From positions 1 through 22,416 of the forward strand of contig JBFFUI010000037.1 in NCBI GenBank assembly GCA_041571435.1: DNA of 22,416 nucleotides, in the 5' to 3' direction. Positions 19,227 to 22,416 of this stretch are shown here, one piece after another. The notes beneath the pieces were generated by a model. The model ran no database searches, was not told where the DNA came from, and was given only the letters and a program-made list of their open reading frames with translations. Source of the DNA: Sulfurimonadaceae bacterium (lineage in GTDB: Bacteria > Campylobacterota > Campylobacteria > Campylobacterales > Sulfurimonadaceae). A program made the position numbers and the translations under genes. Positions within the stretch are counted from its first letter, which is position 1, and the number at the start of each line of letters is the position of its first letter.

Positions 19227-19402
19227 CTCTTTTTTGGTTGGATTCTAGCATAACTAAGAGAAATAGGGTATATCCCAAAGAGGTGGACTGAGAGATTAAT
19301 GCCCGTAATCGTTGCGTAAGAGAAATGAGATGATATTGTAATTTATTATAGTAATCGGCAAACTAATCTATTTTTTTAAATTAGAATAAATTATATTAGC
19401 CG

Positions 19403-19408
19403 TATACT
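19403..19408 (+). promoter_or_regulatory. Candidate -10 box (TATACT) for the large secreted-protein gene
   Basis: TATACT after a very AT-rich tract (19331-19398), about 145 nt upstream of ATG 19553. An alternative TATAAT lies at 19534-19539. Confidence 0.4.
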
Positions 19409-19552
19409 GATTTCATAAAGGCTACGGAGAAACTCTCCTTAGTTGAAAGACTCCGTAAGATCTTCGCAACGTAAGTTGAAAAGATTCCCGCCAGCTCAAA
19501 TAAAGGCCTGTCTCTTTTCCAAAATATAGTACTTATAATCAAAGGATTTCCT

Positions 19553-22416
19553 ATGAAAGTGCATACAGAAAATGACTGGTTACAACGATTTGTAAACTGG
19601 TTTAAAGGAACAGCTCTCGTCGCTGCAATATTGTTTAGTGGGACAGCATTGCAAGCAAACGTAGGCTTTACATTGGAAGGGTGTCGCGCGAGTGACACAA
19701 TGAACTACCATCAAGTTACGCTGCAAGCGGGAGATGGTAGTTGGGTGCCCACATATATATGTGATGATAAAGCATATACAACGGGTAATTTAAAAGGTTG
19801 GGCAGAGCTGGACTATGTGCCTCACCGCGTAACTGTAGAAAATAAAGGTTCAACTCCTGAAACCTTTACCTTTACCGTCGGTGGTGACTTCCTTCAGACA
19901 GAAGGCGGCGATCTTCGCGGATGGGATGACATTACCGTTCTAGTCCTTGACCCTGATCTTTCGGATCAGGCTTGTTTCGATATTCAATCACAGAGTACTC
20001 AGGCATTGCTGATCACACCAGATAATGAAGGTGCCGGTGGTGTTTTTACCACGATCTATCGTCAAGTCAATGTTGTCGGCTTACCCGCCGGTGCACGATG
20101 TGTGGCACACTATAATGCCCGACTCGCTTTGGGCTCTCACCTCTATCCGGGCTCATCCCTTCAATCAAACTTATGGAATGAAAACCTGGAATCCGGTGGT
20201 ATTGGTGAAAAACGTGTGCAACTTCCAGATGTCCTGGCACAAGACTTCTCCAAAAACATGCAGGCATTGCAAGGTGGTGGATATGATTGGACAATCACCA
20301 AATCAACACCAAACAGCACTGTAGACTTCGGGGATACCTGTGCACCAGGTGCGGTCTTGTCTAAACCTGTCAGCATTACGGTTGAATGGGAAAGAGGACC
20401 ATTAACGCCTTCTGGAACAGTCAATGTCACAACGATCATCTCAGGCAGTAATACGGCGAAACGCGATCTCAATGTTTCTATCGCTGATACCATCTACAGT
20501 GGCATGACACCTTTGAGCGTCCTGCCTGATCCTCAGACATCAACATGTGGAGACCATATATTGACGGCTGGATATGCAGGTGAGATCTGTAGGAATACGT
20601 ACGAATTGACTACAGCACAAGCGGTTGATCTTAACGACAAAGCTGTTTTGACCTACAACATCTACTATGACCCAGTAATTTTGGCGGAAGGACCGGTTTA
20701 TACAAAAAATGCCGAGGCATCTGCTGTAGTAGAGTCTTCTGGTGAAAACACTAATCCGACTGCTGTGATCACAGACCACGAATGGATCACCTCTTTAGGT
20801 AATATATTCAGTTATTCTGTTGCTTCACCTACCAGCGGTTCTTTGGATGCTCCTTATGTAGCAGATACAGTAACACAAGGTGATGTTAATTGGACATCAA
20901 CGACACAAAGCGGCAGTGGTTCGGTTACACTTAATAAAATGATCTCGCTTAACGGGCCTGCAGTAAGTGGTCCGAATGACAAGTTGCAAGACCATGCTTA
21001 TCTGAATGGAGCTGATGGTCTTCAACGTGATTACGGGCCTTTGGCAATCGATCTGAGTGCTGACGCAACCGTTACGTTGACGATTACGAAAACCATACCG
21101 GACATTTTGCAAGGTGCGGAAGAAGTGACGTTTACGTTTACTGTTTCTAAATCAGGCTATTCGGAAGATGTGAATGTGACCTTTGCTGCCGGTGATGAAC
21201 TGTCTAAAGATATTGTCGTTTCAGATCTGGAGCCAGGTACCTACTCTGTAGTAGAACATAGTGTACCTGGTTTTGCCCCAGAGGGTGGTGCAACCAAAGA
21301 AAATATAGATCTTACACTTCCTACCTGTTCTACATCGGTTGTCTTTGACAATGACCTGACCGTTGATCAACATGTCCGTGTCGTAAAAGTAACAGTTCCG
21401 GTAACTGTAGATGGTCAAAATGCTGACGGGGACTGGAATATGACGCTCTACAAAGTTGTCGGCGGTAATGAGATCTTTGTGTCGACTTTACTTACAACAG
21501 CCGGTGGGGGAACAGATGAATTTACCATTCCTGGTAATTATCTTGATGAAGGTAACTACACCATCAAAGAGACGATGAAAGCCGGCTGGTATCAGTCAGA
21601 AAGAGGTGCAGGTTGTGACTTTAGCGTTGATTACCCTGCGGATGTCAACAGAACGTATGAGTGTATGTACACAAATACCAAGTTTGCAGAAATAATTGTT
21701 GCAAAAGTAACTGATCCGGCCGGTTCCAATGTAGACTTTACCTTTGCTCAGGACATGAACGGAACGCCGTTGACATTGAAACACGGTTGGGCACAAGCCT
21801 ATAATGAACTTATGCCGAATACCTATACGGTAACGGAAAACGATCCGACACCGGCATTTGACCTTGTCGATGTAACATGTGTCGAGACAAATACGGACTA
21901 CGCTGACCCTAACAGAATTCAAGTTGACGGTGCTACCGCAACAATCGACCTTATAGCAGGTGAAACAGTTACATGTACCTATACCAACCGTGAACGCGGT
22001 ATGGTTGAAGTGACGAAAATCGAAAACGGTATTGCTCCGGTTCATGAGTGGACCTTTACGTTGAGCGGACCTGATGTGGGTACTGTCAGCGGTACGACAC
22101 CACCGAATCCTCTGGATTTCAATGGTGCGAAACTGATCCCTGGCGAGACCTATACCTTGTGTGAAAAAGCTGTACCGGTTGCGTGGGAGACGATATGGAC
22201 ACTTAATGGAAATGGTGTTATACCGTATAACCCTTATGCCGGTACGGACGCGTCGAACGAAGATCGATGTATCGACTTTAATGTGACAGCGGGTCAAACG
22301 GTAGGTTTCACTGTTAATAATAATTATACGCCGCCGGGTGGTGAACCGAGAACGATCGGTTACTGGAAGAACTGGAACGACTGTTCCAATGGAAATCAGT
22401 ATGACAAAGCTCAAGA
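19553..22416 (+). CDS. Large secreted adhesin/pilin-like protein with tandem CnaB/SpaA (prealbumin-like) domains; 3'-truncated, at least 954 aa; absent from the ORF track
   Basis: Manually translated with no stop from ATG 19553 (AAAGGA RBS at 19541) to the window end. 35-aa signal peptide ending LQA; Thr/Val/Gly/Asp-rich; four repeats of xxxK...(P)G.Y...E...(F/Y/V)xN. Confidence 0.92.
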   Translation, partial: MKVHTENDWLQRFVNWFKGTALVAAILFSGTALQANVGFTLEGCRASDTMNYHQVTLQAGDGSWVPTYICDDKAYTTGNLKGWAELDYVPHRVTVENKGSTPETFTFTVGGDFLQTEGGDLRGWDDITVLVLDPDLSDQACFDIQSQSTQALLITPDNEGAGGVFTTIYRQVNVVGLPAGARCVAHYNARLALGSHLYPGSSLQSNLWNENLESGGIGEKRVQLPDVLAQDFSKNMQALQGGGYDWTITKSTPNSTVDFGDTCAPGAVLSKPVSITVEWERGPLTPSGTVNVTTIISGSNTAKRDLNVSIADTIYSGMTPLSVLPDPQTSTCGDHILTAGYAGEICRNTYELTTAQAVDLNDKAVLTYNIYYDPVILAEGPVYTKNAEASAVVESSGENTNPTAVITDHEWITSLGNIFSYSVASPTSGSLDAPYVADTVTQGDVNWTSTTQSGSGSVTLNKMISLNGPAVSGPNDKLQDHAYLNGADGLQRDYGPLAIDLSADATVTLTITKTIPDILQGAEEVTFTFTVSKSGYSEDVNVTFAAGDELSKDIVVSDLEPGTYSVVEHSVPGFAPEGGATKENIDLTLPTCSTSVVFDNDLTVDQHVRVVKVTVPVTVDGQNADGDWNMTLYKVVGGNEIFVSTLLTTAGGGTDEFTIPGNYLDEGNYTIKETMKAGWYQSERGAGCDFSVDYPADVNRTYECMYTNTKFAEIIVAKVTDPAGSNVDFTFAQDMNGTPLTLKHGWAQAYNELMPNTYTVTENDPTPAFDLVDVTCVETNTDYADPNRIQVDGATATIDLIAGETVTCTYTNRERGMVEVTKIENGIAPVHEWTFTLSGPDVGTVSGTTPPNPLDFNGAKLIPGETYTLCEKAVPVAWETIWTLNGNGVIPYNPYAGTDASNEDRCIDFNVTAGQTVGFTVNNNYTPPGGEPRTIGYWKNWNDCSNGNQYDKAQ

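Noticed and set aside
19265-19325. TPP-riboswitch-like words (CTGAGAG ... GCCCGT ... GCGTAAGAGAA)
   Set aside because: The essential ACCTGA/P5/TAAT segment is missing and there is no thiamine-related gene downstream.
19355-19430. Possible c-di-GMP-I riboswitch (GGCAAAC ... AAAGGCTACGG)
   Set aside because: No GAAA-capped P2 followed by GACGCAAA, and no P3 tetraloop receptor; the spacing is wrong.
19407-19500. Formal call as a ydaO/c-di-AMP riboswitch
   Set aside because: Segments resemble the consensus but their order and the central second half do not fit; kept only as an unclassified structured leader.
21596-22414. 272-aa minus-strand ORF (and other short ORFs at 19396-21418 in the track)
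   Set aside because: Shadow frames of the long + strand ORF starting at 19553, which has an RBS, a signal peptide and recognisable domains.

Overview
Bacterial chromosomal segment, most likely from a Campylobacterota (epsilon-proteobacterial, probably Sulfurimonadaceae-like) genome; the assignment is inferred from gene order and protein motifs. Bases 1-10.6 kb are a conserved core block on the + strand: atpD (partial)-atpC-tolQ/exbB-tolR/exbD-tolA-like-tolB-pal-cpoB-slyD-[Fis-type degenerate AAA+ regulator]-fabD-[carbon-nitrogen hydrolase]-mtnN-ttcA-like. Bases 10.6-19.2 kb are a mixed-orientation region: a PEGA/DUF1566-like lipoprotein, a membrane diguanylate cyclase with a degenerate EAL domain, a rhodanese, a 49-aa lipoprotein missing from the ORF track, a TerB-like protein, a ChaN-family lipoprotein, a CPA1 Na+/H+ antiporter, mutY and an EamA transporter. 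The most notable feature is also missing from the ORF track: an uninterrupted ORF of at least 954 codons (19553 to the window end) encoding a Sec-exported, Cys-rich, beta-rich protein. It has four tandem CnaB/SpaA-like domains that each retain the Lys/Glu/Asn isopeptide triad, eight extended D/E-x-N-x-S/T (PglB-type) glycosylation sequons, and a structured, internally repeated 5' leader. No rRNA, tRNA, CRISPR array or mobile element was seen.
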